A stretch of 63,924 nucleotides of DNA, the filler included, from Lama guanicoe (taxonomy: Eukaryota), in assembly GCA_013239625.1 (NCBI GenBank). It is 182 parts of 182 records of this genome, joined end to end, with 100 filler letters (N's around TTAATTAATTAA, not from the genome) between each part and the next. Parts side by side here need not be neighbours in the genome. Positions count along the whole stretch, not along the records: positions 13,345 to 13,596 come from PNXV01048570.1; positions 13,697 to 13,948 come from PNXV01048571.1; positions 14,049 to 14,300 come from PNXV01048572.1; positions 14,401 to 14,652 come from PNXV01048573.1; positions 14,753 to 15,004 come from PNXV01048574.1; positions 15,105 to 15,356 come from PNXV01048575.1; positions 15,457 to 15,708 come from PNXV01048576.1; positions 15,809 to 16,060 come from PNXV01048577.1; 174 more parts are not named here. One strand, given 5' to 3'. The notes below the pieces were generated by a model. That model made no database searches. It was given only the letters and a program-made list of their open reading frames with translations, and was not told the origin of the DNA. The first letter of the stretch is position 1. Every line of letters starts with the position of its first letter. Shown here one piece after another: positions 13,245 through 25,855 of this stretch. A program made the position numbers and the translations under genes.

Positions 13245-15169
13245 NNNNNNNNNNNNNNNNNNNNNNNNNNNNNNNNNNNNNNNNNNNNTTAATTAATTAA
13301 NNNNNNNNNNNNNNNNNNNNNNNNNNNNNNNNNNNNNNNNNNNNATATATACCATGATATTTATATGGGAAACTGTATAAATAATGCTCAATTGGTTTAC
13401 GGGAGACTTCTTGGCCCTTTGCATTCGACCTTACTTTGAGGTCTACCTTTTAAAAATAAGAACACAGGGGTTTTTTTGTTGGAGGAGAACTTTGGGACTA
13501 TATTTGATTGTCACCATGCTATCAACAATGTACATAACAAGAATCACGAAAAATACATTTACTGGCATTTAATAAACTCTCTTTTTTTGTTCTAAANNNN
13601 NNNNNNNNNNNNNNNNNNNNNNNNNNNNNNNNNNNNNNNNTTAATTAATTAANNNNNNNNNNNNNNNNNNNNNNNNNNNNNNNNNNNNNNNNNNNNATCA
13701 CCATGCGTCCGCCCCACAGCTGCACACGCAGAGCCCACTTGCTGCGTTGAACTGAACGGTCATCCACCTCTGAGAGACACCCAGTGGACTGCAAGCTCCA
13801 TGGGGGCAGGGGCCCTGCCTGCGAGATTCACCTGCATCCCCCCAGGGCCCGGAACAACACCTACTATGGAATGGGTACCTTGTGTTAGTTTGTTAGTGTT
13901 GCCACGACAAAGCACCACAGACTGGGTGACAAATGACAGCCATTTATTNNNNNNNNNNNNNNNNNNNNNNNNNNNNNNNNNNNNNNNNNNNNTTAATTAA
14001 TTAANNNNNNNNNNNNNNNNNNNNNNNNNNNNNNNNNNNNNNNNNNNNTTGTCAAGGGTGTGGAGGAACAGACCCCACATATGAACGTTACTGCTGGGAG
14101 TACACGTTAGTGCGACCCGTTTGGAAGCTGTTCACAGTTACGTACGAGATTTTTAATTGTGCATGCTCTTTGATCCAGCAATTTTACTTCTAGAAATTTT
14201 CCTTAAAAATGTTTTTGCTAATTTTATAATCGATAAAAGCAGAATTGGAAGAGGTGGCTCTGGTTTATGACCAAGACAACTTAATAGTGTTCTACCTCTG
14301 NNNNNNNNNNNNNNNNNNNNNNNNNNNNNNNNNNNNNNNNNNNNTTAATTAATTAANNNNNNNNNNNNNNNNNNNNNNNNNNNNNNNNNNNNNNNNNNNN
14401 ACGTTTGCATGTAACAAGGCACACTGGACACACAAACTGCCTGGCCAGCCTGTCAGGACAGCTGACACCGGTACAGACATCCTTCTGGGGGATTCCTTGA
14501 GATGAGGAGCAATTATTTCTCAGAGTAGTGAAAAGAAGGGTTATAGAGCACGGGGCTTGGTCATCACACACACACCACTTGACTGCTCTCCAAAATGGCT
14601 GTATGATTTATACATCACTTAACAGCATTAAAAAATTCCATTATCCTGTACCNNNNNNNNNNNNNNNNNNNNNNNNNNNNNNNNNNNNNNNNNNNNTTAA
14701 TTAATTAANNNNNNNNNNNNNNNNNNNNNNNNNNNNNNNNNNNNNNNNNNNNCTGTATTTTTCCCGGATAATCTGTAGTAGGACTGATTCCGAGGTTGCT
14801 CAGGGACTTACATCTTGTAGGAGAAACAATTAGCTGCCTCCAGTAAATCTTTGGACAAAATGGAGAGGGCCTTTGGCTACTCTAGTTTCGTTACAATTCA
14901 AATGGATAGTTGCTGCTTTGAAAATAGTACAACCATGTGTTCAGAAAATGAAAAGGGAAGTGCTTCAACATAAACCTAACAAGCCATAGTCCTTAAAATT
15001 ACACNNNNNNNNNNNNNNNNNNNNNNNNNNNNNNNNNNNNNNNNNNNNTTAATTAATTAANNNNNNNNNNNNNNNNNNNNNNNNNNNNNNNNNNNNNNNN
15101 NNNNTATTCAGGTGAGCAGCTGTCTCTGTAAGTAGCATAAGGAATTTAAATCAATGAGGGTCAGTAAGT

Positions 15170-15354
15170 GCTTTAAGGATCAGATAGCAAGTATTTCAGG
15201 TTCCACGGGCCGAAGGGTTCTTGCCATTGTAGCACGAAAACAGGTGCAGACAGTAAGTAAATGGATGCGTGCAGCTGGGGTCCAATAAAACCTGATTTCC
15301 AAGACTGGGTGGCAGGCCAGACTCGCCCCCCAGGTTACGGTTTGTAGATCCCTC
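15170..15354. mobile_element. MER58A-like hAT non-autonomous DNA transposon
   Basis: aaggatcagatagcaagtatttcagg...gccattgtagcacgaaaacag...ccaataaaacc...ggcaggccagac...tttgtagatccct. Confidence 0.75.
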
Positions 15355-18300
15355 GANNNNNNNNNNNNNNNNNNNNNNNNNNNNNNNNNNNNNNNNNNNN
15401 TTAATTAATTAANNNNNNNNNNNNNNNNNNNNNNNNNNNNNNNNNNNNNNNNNNNNCTCAATAAATCAATATATTTTCCCATCCATAGAAAACATACAGC
15501 AAATGGTACACACAGGTTGTAGTAAGGGAGAGGATGTGTAGAGGAAGAGAAGGAATGAGCTTTCATTTTTTACTTTACATCTTTTTTTCCTCAATGAGTC
15601 TATTTTTAATACAAAAAGCCAAAAATTAACAAAAAAATTTAAGATATTAGGAAGATATACAATGGCAACATTAGCAAGTTTTGAAGCTGTATTTCCAGCA
15701 TTACCAAANNNNNNNNNNNNNNNNNNNNNNNNNNNNNNNNNNNNNNNNNNNNTTAATTAATTAANNNNNNNNNNNNNNNNNNNNNNNNNNNNNNNNNNNN
15801 NNNNNNNNCAGCTCCCACACGCTCTGGACGGAGCGCAGCGGCCTCGCATCCTCCCGTTGTGCGTCCGCGCGTCCGCGCGTGCGCGCCGCGCCCCTCCTCC
15901 TCTTGAGCGCAGGGACCGTGTTTATTCATGGTGATGAAGAGTAACTGGAGGTTTTAAATTGTCCCTATTAGGAGTCCAAGGACCAAGAGCAAAGCGTTTG
16001 CCAGGCCGCCCTGGAACTCGCTGCAAGGCTCGTACCTCCCATCCAGAGAAGACTGACTGTNNNNNNNNNNNNNNNNNNNNNNNNNNNNNNNNNNNNNNNN
16101 NNNNTTAATTAATTAANNNNNNNNNNNNNNNNNNNNNNNNNNNNNNNNNNNNNNNNNNNNGGAAACTGCGTCTCAGAAAGTAATTTCCCAGTATCACACG
16201 GCAGTGAGTAGCAGAGCCAGGATTCAAAACCAACAGCAAAGGCCAGGCTAGTTCTCTGAGACCACACTGCTTCTCATGGTCACACCACTTCCATGGCAGG
16301 ATTCAGGGCAAGGGGTTCCCTCCAAAATGAAACTCAGTTATTCCTACCATCATCAAAGGTCGTGCCTGCAGAGAAACAAGTTCCCAGATCAGAACCTGGG
16401 GTTTCTTCTGAGNNNNNNNNNNNNNNNNNNNNNNNNNNNNNNNNNNNNNNNNNNNNTTAATTAATTAANNNNNNNNNNNNNNNNNNNNNNNNNNNNNNNN
16501 NNNNNNNNNNNNCCCCCCTCCTTTTTGTTTTTATGGAGTTATTTGCATAATTTCCATGCCTTTAAATTTTTTTCTGATCATTTACATAATGCATAGTTTA
16601 TGGCCAGGCTATTGTTTACTCTATGTGGGAAGGATGAATTCTCGATTCCAATATTAGTTTTCAAAAACTTATTTGCCAAATAGAACTACAGTTGGAGGAT
16701 TAGACTTACATTCAATTTAATTTTCTGTTTCTTGTGGAGGCAGGAGGTCAAGAGGTCTTGGAGANNNNNNNNNNNNNNNNNNNNNNNNNNNNNNNNNNNN
16801 NNNNNNNNTTAATTAATTAANNNNNNNNNNNNNNNNNNNNNNNNNNNNNNNNNNNNNNNNNNNNTCATAACTAGATAGAGACATACATGTGGTAAAAATG
16901 AACTAAACAAACTTTTCTCTCTTTAAACACACTGGAGTACAATTTTATCAGGTTTTCTGGTAAGAGGATAACATCTCTGGGAAAACAATTTATTCCAACA
17001 CCATGTTCCTTGAGGAAAAGGTCCGTGCCTTGTCTTTGTATTCTTTACGATAACCAGTATAGAACCAAGTGTGCAATGCAGTAGGTCATTACTGACTATC
17101 TGGTCATTTCAATCANNNNNNNNNNNNNNNNNNNNNNNNNNNNNNNNNNNNNNNNNNNNTTAATTAATTAANNNNNNNNNNNNNNNNNNNNNNNNNNNNN
17201 NNNNNNNNNNNNNNNGACCCCCTTGCAGAATGAGCCTTCTGTTCCGTCGGGGAGAAGCGGTGGTATGGGTGCTTACCTAGAGGGATTGCTCAGAGGCTCT
17301 TCTGTCTCCTGACTGATTTGATGGATAGCAAATCAGTGATGCTGCCAACTTTGGGAAAGGAGTGAGGTTGCTCTTACTAAGGCAAAATGATCCTGAAACT
17401 GGAGGTTGCAGGGAGCGCGGACTAATCAGAACCACACCCAGACCTTAGGAGAATACACAGAGAGGGCNNNNNNNNNNNNNNNNNNNNNNNNNNNNNNNNN
17501 NNNNNNNNNNNTTAATTAATTAANNNNNNNNNNNNNNNNNNNNNNNNNNNNNNNNNNNNNNNNNNNNTTTTTTTGAAATATTCTCTTGATAAGCTAAGAG
17601 TTCTTCAAGAAGACGCTTAAATAAACCAGCAGCGAATCTGGAGACACCAGCAGAGACAGCCTCCTCTGCCTGTAGGAACCATCGGAAGGGGAGGGTGTCA
17701 TCCCACAGCGAGAATGCACAGGAAGGAGGGTGGACTTTGCAGCCAGAGCACTAAACTGAAAAGTTTTATTCACTGACCTTTAAAGCAAAACCCAGTTAAC
17801 CAAGAGCACTTTTGACTAANNNNNNNNNNNNNNNNNNNNNNNNNNNNNNNNNNNNNNNNNNNNTTAATTAATTAANNNNNNNNNNNNNNNNNNNNNNNNN
17901 NNNNNNNNNNNNNNNNNNNTGACCCAGTCTAGACCTATATACATATACATCTATGTAATAGAAAAAAAGATTTCTAGAAAAAAATTTCATCATCATATGA
18001 TACCCCATGAAATTTCTTTGATTCTATATTGTTGTGTAATATTTCATTAAATATTTTTGGTTGATACTCAATTGATACCAGGATTTACCGGTTAGAAAAT
18101 ATAGTAAGAACACTGAGGTAGACAAGAGTTTTCTCTTCAAAGCGCCTCTTCCAAAGAAGCGGAGGTTTGTGNNNNNNNNNNNNNNNNNNNNNNNNNNNNN
18201 NNNNNNNNNNNNNNNTTAATTAATTAANNNNNNNNNNNNNNNNNNNNNNNNNNNNNNNNNNNNNNNNNNNNTCAGCTAACTAGAGTTTATCTTTCTGAGC

Positions 18301-19679
18301 CCCAAAACTTAAAGAAACAATAATCTTGATTTGATGGTCTGTTTTTTAACCACGGCAAATCATACCACTTTAACTTTTTCATGATGTCACAGGGCCCCCT
18401 TGATGAATCATAATTTCCTTTAACGCTAACATTTATGAGGTTATGTATGATTTTTAGATGAGCACATTTGTTAGTCATTTTTGTTGTCATTCCACACATG
18501 TTTGTAGAGCGCCCTCGGTGGTANNNNNNNNNNNNNNNNNNNNNNNNNNNNNNNNNNNNNNNNNNNNTTAATTAATTAANNNNNNNNNNNNNNNNNNNNN
18601 NNNNNNNNNNNNNNNNNNNNNNNAAAGAATTTCAGAACTGCCCCTAACAGAGACAGGCTGCCTTATTGGAGAGTGGGATGGGGTGGTGGTAGTGAGCTCT
18701 CCATCACTGGTAGCAGGCAAGAAGAGGCAGACTTCATTTTGCAGGTTGGATTGAATGATCTCAGAGGACCCTCAACTCCAACAGTCAGTCGCTCTATGAA
18801 GTATCCTTGATGCTCAGCAAGACCTCCAGGAAGCATCAAGTGTTCAGCTAGTGCAGGTGCTATGTAAAACCCACCNNNNNNNNNNNNNNNNNNNNNNNNN
18901 NNNNNNNNNNNNNNNNNNNTTAATTAATTAANNNNNNNNNNNNNNNNNNNNNNNNNNNNNNNNNNNNNNNNNNNNATGCAAAACCCAAAGCAGAGTACAT
19001 CACAAATCAATTAAAGGACAAACAATAGATTTGTAAAACTATTTGCTGGTGAATCATCTCGTATTTATAAGAAGAAAAAGTGGCACTCCTTCCAGTGTGA
19101 GGAGGTCATTCAGAGAACAACAAACCCGCTGAAAACTCAAACAGGTCTGCTTAATACCATAAATGTAATAGAATAAAAAAGTAAATGGGATGAGAAGGAA
19201 ATACCAAGGTTTTTTTAAACAATTTGTNNNNNNNNNNNNNNNNNNNNNNNNNNNNNNNNNNNNNNNNNNNNTTAATTAATTAANNNNNNNNNNNNNNNNN
19301 NNNNNNNNNNNNNNNNNNNNNNNNNNNAAGGGGGTGGGAATTTCCACACTATATTGTTAGGGAGCGAGATACAGAGAAAGTATATATAATATTATCCTAT
19401 TTTTGTAAAAAGAAGTAAAACAGAAGCTGAAATGTATGTGTGTGCAAATGCAGTGACGATGTAGAAGTTTTTACTTTTCATATTTCAAATGGTTTCACTT
19501 GTTACTAGGAGAACACATTACTTTTATGATAAAAAATCAAAATGAATCCAGTAAGCTTTAGATATGTTGATTTTGAGAANNNNNNNNNNNNNNNNNNNNN
19601 NNNNNNNNNNNNNNNNNNNNNNNTTAATTAATTAANNNNNNNNNNNNNNNNNNNNNNNNNNNNNNNNNNNNNNNNNNNN

Positions 19680-19931
19680 GGTCTGTGCTGCTCCCTGTGC
19701 CGGTAGACACGCGGGTCACACCCCTTCTAGACAGCTGAGCTCGGGCACCCCCCCCTCAGCACAGGTACGCACGCACGCACGCACGCACGTCACGCCCCCT
19801 CCCACGCCGCGCTCTGCGTGGTGCGCAGGCGGGTCACGCCTCCCCTCCACGCTGCGTTCCAGCGCCATGCTCTGTGGGGGTCGCGGCTCCTCCGAAAGCC
19901 ATTGTCCGTAGCCGCGCTAGTGCAAGGTAAG
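19680..19931 (+). promoter_or_regulatory. CpG-rich promoter / first-exon-like fragment ending in a splice donor
   Basis: High CpG, a (CGCA)n tract, NRF1-like TGCGCAGGCG, and terminal AAG|GTAAG. Confidence 0.4.
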
Positions 19932-20031
19932 NNNNNNNNNNNNNNNNNNNNNNNNNNNNNNNNNNNNNNNNNNNNTTAATTAATTAANNNNNNNNNNNNN
20001 NNNNNNNNNNNNNNNNNNNNNNNNNNNNNNN

Positions 20032-20283
20032 CTCGGCCGGGCCCCGGCCGCACCTGAGACGCGGCCCGAGCCGGGGCCGAGCCCTGCGCGGGCGGTGGCG
20101 CTCGGCCCCCGGGGCCGCGGCGAGGGGGCGCGTTTTACCCAGAGCATTCCCGGCTGCCGGCCCTGTCCTCAGCGCGCCCGAGGGCGCTGGGTGCTCGCCT
20201 GTCTCCGCCGAGACCTGGCTCCGGCTCCGGCGCGAGCTCCCCGGCCGCCGCCGCTGCCGCCGCCGCTCTAGGCCGCAGCCGGC
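20032..20283. promoter_or_regulatory. CpG island fragment with (GCC)n tract
   Basis: Extremely GC/CpG-rich; gccgccgccgctgccgccgccgc near 20244-20266. Confidence 0.6.
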
Positions 20284-20736
20284 NNNNNNNNNNNNNNNNN
20301 NNNNNNNNNNNNNNNNNNNNNNNNNNNTTAATTAATTAANNNNNNNNNNNNNNNNNNNNNNNNNNNNNNNNNNNNNNNNNNNNCGGTTTCCTGCGGGAGG
20401 TCCTGGAACAGAAAAGGACATGAATGGAAAATCGACAAAATCCAATCGGGTCTGGGGTTTCCTCAACAGAAATGCACCAGTGCTGGTGTCTTAGTTCTAA
20501 AAATGTCCTGTGGTAATGCAGGGGAGCTTTAGGGGAAAGGAAACTGGGGGGGAGGACTTACCCTCCTTGCAACTCGGCCATAAACCTAAAATTACCCCCA
20601 AAGAGAAACTTTACTTCAAAAATAAATAAGACCTGNNNNNNNNNNNNNNNNNNNNNNNNNNNNNNNNNNNNNNNNNNNNTTAATTAATTAANNNNNNNNN
20701 NNNNNNNNNNNNNNNNNNNNNNNNNNNNNNNNNNNA

Positions 20737-20985
20737 ATGAATTAAATAAACATCTGGATATTTTAAACGAATAGGTTGTAATGCCTTAGCAACGAATTTT
20801 TGACACAAGGTAGGGCTATTAGCCATGCCCTGAGGCAAAACTAGCCAATGATATCGTTGCATAGGCTCTTTAAAATTTGTAGAAGGAACACTGAATGCAA
20901 ATCTCTTGCAATCCTCAGGAAATAAAGGAATAGTATAGAAACAATCTTTTAAATCAATAATAATCTTATAAGTTCCATCAGGAAT
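20737..20985 (-). mobile_element. pol: Endogenous betaretrovirus pol (reverse transcriptase) fragment, uninterrupted reading frame
   Basis: [83 protein letters not shown] contains the DLKDCF and LPQGMxNSPTLCQ motifs and ends just before YMDD. Closest in recall to JSRV/MPMV-type RT. Confidence 0.95.
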
Positions 20986-21087
20986 AGNNNNNNNNNNNNN
21001 NNNNNNNNNNNNNNNNNNNNNNNNNNNNNNNTTAATTAATTAANNNNNNNNNNNNNNNNNNNNNNNNNNNNNNNNNNNNNNNNNNNN

Positions 21088-21300
21088 AGGCCTGTGAGCT
21101 AGAAGTTTTGTACATCTTTTAAATGTTGTGGGGGGGATCAAAAGAAGATTGATATTTCATGACATGTCAGAATTATATGAAATTGACCCATCAGTGTCCA
21201 TAGAGTTGTATTCGAGCACAGCCACACTTGTTGGTTTGTGTTTTGTCTGTGGCTGTTTCAGCACAGCAGTTGGGTTATTCTAGAAGAGCTGGTATGCAGT
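21088..21300 (+). mobile_element. MER58B-like hAT element
   Basis: ggcctgtgagctagaag...atcaaaagaag...atttcatgacatg...aattatatgaaatt...cagtgtccata...cacagccac. Confidence 0.75.
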
Positions 21301-23902
21301 GCACTCATGGCTTTCACTGCTGCTCTGTGCACTTCAAATNNNNNNNNNNNNNNNNNNNNNNNNNNNNNNNNNNNNNNNNNNNNTTAATTAATTAANNNNN
21401 NNNNNNNNNNNNNNNNNNNNNNNNNNNNNNNNNNNNNNNTCTGCACAAAGCCCCACCCAAGGGTCTCATTTCTCACTTCCACATTGGTATTCATTTAGCT
21501 TTACCTGGGTCTTGGTTTCTTATAACAAGGGGGTGGGAAGAGTTGTCGATAGATTTATGTAGCAAATATAAACCTAGGGTATTTGCTGTGCAGGAATCCT
21601 AGAAATAAACAAATCTATATATAGTCCCACCCTTAATAAGCTCAGCCTTTCCATTTACAACAGCATTAAAAATAAAGTGAGAGAAACATTNNNNNNNNNN
21701 NNNNNNNNNNNNNNNNNNNNNNNNNNNNNNNNNNTTAATTAATTAANNNNNNNNNNNNNNNNNNNNNNNNNNNNNNNNNNNNNNNNNNNNTCGTGGAAGA
21801 GTGCTAGCATAATCATTGGTCCATATTCTTTGGTGTAGCACAAGGTATGTCTGGCTTTTAATGATGATGTCATTATTTTAATCTTGCACCCACGCTCCAG
21901 GAAGTGGAAAAAAGTCACAATACAGAGAACTTCTAGTCATTAACGGCCATGTAAGAGGCCTTAGTCTCATATTCCAGCATTCTGTCTTCTAATATCTAGA
22001 ACAGTGTCTTATGTACAGTACATGTTACAGCAGAAAGAAGAANNNNNNNNNNNNNNNNNNNNNNNNNNNNNNNNNNNNNNNNNNNNTTAATTAATTAANN
22101 NNNNNNNNNNNNNNNNNNNNNNNNNNNNNNNNNNNNNNNNNNATCCTGGGGTAGCCATCAAATTATTTTTGACCACTGGCACATTACTAAAGCCAGGCAG
22201 GGTAGCCATGGATTCTCGTTGGGCTGCCCCTGACCTGGGATGGTGCGGGGGGCAAGCACGAAGGATACCAAGAGAGCCTCAAAGCCTGGGCCGATGGGAA
22301 GTAATGCTCTGGTTTTGAAGACGGCCACAGCCGCTTTTACACACCGGCCGTATCTGTTATTTCGGGTGGACTGACCGTTAACAGAACAAAAGGANNNNNN
22401 NNNNNNNNNNNNNNNNNNNNNNNNNNNNNNNNNNNNNNTTAATTAATTAANNNNNNNNNNNNNNNNNNNNNNNNNNNNNNNNNNNNNNNNNNNNGGTAGG
22501 GCCTGGCTTCTGCCAGGGAATCCTTTCTCTTATCTAGAACCCCCGGACTTCTATCGGGGTGAGTGGGCAATGAGGCTTTAGTGCCAAACTCTCACCAGGG
22601 CTCCCTCCTGCCCCCTCCATCAGCCCAGCGTCCAGTCTCGAGAAGACAGGTCCTGGGAGAGGTCTGAGGTCCTGATGTGCACGCTCTCACACACCATCTG
22701 GAGCCTTTCCTGGGAGGTCCCCTTTTCTGCTCTAAGAGCTGAATCCNNNNNNNNNNNNNNNNNNNNNNNNNNNNNNNNNNNNNNNNNNNNTTAATTAATT
22801 AANNNNNNNNNNNNNNNNNNNNNNNNNNNNNNNNNNNNNNNNNNNNATCAGGATATTACACATCTAAAGAAAGTGTGCACCAGATGAAGACGATGACTTA
22901 GACAGCGTTGGTGGTAATGTCCAGTAGTGTCAAAGGACAAGTCATGCTCTGGTAGATGTGAGTATTTTGGTTGCTTTAAGTTTGCTACTGAAGGGCTGGG
23001 ACATTTCATTAGGCTTTGAAACTCCAGAACTCTTTATTCACAAAGGTAGACAAATTAGGTGAGCCAGCTCAGCCTTTATTCCAACTTCCTAACCAAAANN
23101 NNNNNNNNNNNNNNNNNNNNNNNNNNNNNNNNNNNNNNNNNNTTAATTAATTAANNNNNNNNNNNNNNNNNNNNNNNNNNNNNNNNNNNNNNNNNNNNCC
23201 ATTAAGAGAGGAGACCAGCTCCTCCCCACCTTTCGCAACCTGGTACAGACAAAGATGGAATGGGGGAGGAGGCGAGCCCGCACTAACATCTCTAATTGTC
23301 CAGGCATAGAAGGACCCAGGAATAGGAGGCTCTGCTCTGGAATTGTGGGCCGACCAAGCCTTCAAGGGAACCAGCTTGGTTTGTGACAAACACCTTCATT
23401 CGTTCACCAAATATTTATTCAGCCACCACTTTGGGTCAGACCCTGTTCAANNNNNNNNNNNNNNNNNNNNNNNNNNNNNNNNNNNNNNNNNNNNTTAATT
23501 AATTAANNNNNNNNNNNNNNNNNNNNNNNNNNNNNNNNNNNNNNNNNNNNAATCTACAGTGAAGCACAGGAGAAATTTTCACCTCAGTTATTATGATTTT
23601 CAGTTTTAGAAATGTCTTTTTTTTTAATGGATCGCATTTCTCTGAGGAGATTACATATATGTACATTCATTATCATCTTATTTTGCTTAATTCTTTGAAA
23701 ATAGTTATAGAGTCTGCTTCACCTGTTTTAAACTTGTTGTCTACAAAATCTATCATTCAAGACATCTCTGGTTTGACTCCCATTGGCTGTTTTATTGACT
23801 ACNNNNNNNNNNNNNNNNNNNNNNNNNNNNNNNNNNNNNNNNNNNNTTAATTAATTAANNNNNNNNNNNNNNNNNNNNNNNNNNNNNNNNNNNNNNNNNN
23901 NN

Positions 23903-24154
23903 AGCAGCAAACTGCCATGGTGCTGGCCTCCAGCCTGGCCAACGCCAAACTTATGCCAAAGACTGTGCACCTCACCAACCTTAACCTTCAGCCTTAGGGT
24001 GCCCAGGCCACCTCCGAGCTCTGCCAAGTGCTCACCCAACCTCAGCAGCAAATAATTAACATCACAGCCTCATAGCTACACAAAAAGATGTCACAGGTCC
24101 AGGTGGTGTCCTCCCTGCAGAGTTCTGTGGTGGAAGCTTTCAACAAGGTGCTGC
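23903..24154 (+). pseudogene. ZNF532: ZNF532-derived pseudogene fragment
   Basis: Frame from 23905: QQTAMVLASSLANAKLMPKTVHLTNLNLQP*GAQATSELCQVLTQPQQQIINITAS*LHKKMSQVQVVSSLQSSVVEAFNKVL. Recalled ZNF532 is ...SSLANAKLVPKTVHLANLNLLPQGAQATSELRQVLTKPQQQIKQAIIN...VQVVSSLQSSVVEAFNKVL. TAG stops at 23995 and 24073. Confidence 0.9.
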
Positions 24155-25309
24155 NNNNNNNNNNNNNNNNNNNNNNNNNNNNNNNNNNNNNNNNNNNNTT
24201 AATTAATTAANNNNNNNNNNNNNNNNNNNNNNNNNNNNNNNNNNNNNNNNNNNNAGCAGCTCACTTTACTGTGGTCTGGCTTGTCACTGCCCTGCCTGAT
24301 GCTGCAATCAGCTGTTGTAGACTGACCGGCAGGATTGGGCATCACTCCCACTCCCAGCACCATGGTCTGGGGCTGCATTCCAGCCCAAAAGATGGGGGGC
24401 CACACACCCCATATGTGTGCCAGTCTCTCCGCTGCTCTGTGCCACTGTACATTCAACTCGGGTTTGCACACCAGAAGTGGGCTCAGGGAAGACTTAGGAA
24501 CAGCCCNNNNNNNNNNNNNNNNNNNNNNNNNNNNNNNNNNNNNNNNNNNNTTAATTAATTAANNNNNNNNNNNNNNNNNNNNNNNNNNNNNNNNNNNNNN
24601 NNNNNNGGGTTCCTAACAGTGAATTTTCATTTTCCTCTTTTCTTCTACATTTATTTATTCAAATTCTGTAAGGAAAATGCATCCTTTCTCTCTCAATTAT
24701 CTATTATTCAGCCATTATTTATAATAGTATGGATTTAACGCCATTTAATAACTGGCAGGATAAATCTCTCATCTTTATTTTCCTTTTTAGAACAGTGTTG
24801 AGGCTATGTCACTTTTTCATTCTGCCTATAAACTTCAAAAATGTTTATTTTCCATTTNNNNNNNNNNNNNNNNNNNNNNNNNNNNNNNNNNNNNNNNNNN
24901 NTTAATTAATTAANNNNNNNNNNNNNNNNNNNNNNNNNNNNNNNNNNNNNNNNNNNNTACAGGATCCCTTCACCCCAAGGGGGCAACGGGGTGTCAGGGG
25001 AATGAGAGGCGGAGGTAGGGGCCAAAGGGGCTTACATGATATCCCATATCTTTAATGCCTTTGGCCTTCAATTCTGACTCCTCCAGTGAAAATGTTGCTG
25101 ACCCTGCTTTCCCTGGCAGGCATTTGCCAGGCTATGTGCTTTAACCTTAAGCTGATACTTTGCTTTAGGTGTCACTCTTGTTACCAGCAGCCTTTTGACC
25201 CAACTACAGNNNNNNNNNNNNNNNNNNNNNNNNNNNNNNNNNNNNNNNNNNNNTTAATTAATTAANNNNNNNNNNNNNNNNNNNNNNNNNNNNNNNNNNN
25301 NNNNNNNNN

Positions 25310-25561
25310 AAGCGTAAGGTCTGTTCTAGACTCATTTTTTTGCGCGTGGATGTCCAGTTTTTCCAGCACCATTTATTTAAAAGATTTGCCCTTTTCTATT
25401 GAATCGCCTTTGCTCCTTTGCCAAAGATCAGTGCATTATATTTGTGCGGGTCTATTTCTGGACTCTCTAGTCAGTTCCATTGATCTATTTGTTCATTCTT
25501 CTGCCTATCCCGTTGTATCTTGGTTACTGTAGCTTAACAGTAAATCTTGAAGTCAGCTAGT
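25310..25561 (-). mobile_element. L1 (L1M-type) ORF2 fragment
   Basis: ggatgtccagtttttccagcaccatttattt...ttgctcctttgccaaagatcag...gtgcgggtctatttctggactctct...gttccattgatctat. Confidence 0.88.
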
Positions 25562-25783
25562 NNNNNNNNNNNNNNNNNNNNNNNNNNNNNNNNNNNNNNN
25601 NNNNNTTAATTAATTAANNNNNNNNNNNNNNNNNNNNNNNNNNNNNNNNNNNNNNNNNNNNAGTGGGAGGCGGGAGCGGGACAGCACGTCCACTCCGCGC
25701 CTATCTGAGGCGCGAGTTCGCTTGCCGGCAGCTACGGAGGTGGGGCTGCGAATAAAAGACGGCTGGGCGCGGTCTAAAGGGAA

Positions 25784-25855
25784 AGCTGCAAGGAGACTCG
25801 AACTCGGATCACCCGGATTCAGAGTCCAGAGTGCTCACCATTACACCACGGAAAC
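25784..25855 (-). tRNA. tRNA-Gln(CTG)-like gene, probably a pseudogene (broken acceptor and T stems)
   Basis: Minus strand GTTTCCGTGGTGTAATGGTGAGCACTCTGGACTCTGAATCCGGGTGATCCGAGTTCGAGTCTCCTTGCAGCT. D arm, anticodon arm (CTG at 25822-25820) and A/B boxes are intact; the 3' end does not pair with the 5' end. Confidence 0.85.

Noticed and set aside
14753..17467. Short AG...GT-bounded candidate micro-exons on the minus strand (about 14811-14847 and 17276-17347)
   Set aside because: No recognisable protein; several frames contain stops; such splice-like motifs arise by chance.
18506..18523. CTCF-like motif (reverse complement ccaccgagggcgct)
   Set aside because: Spacing is one base off the core consensus and it is truncated by the contig end.
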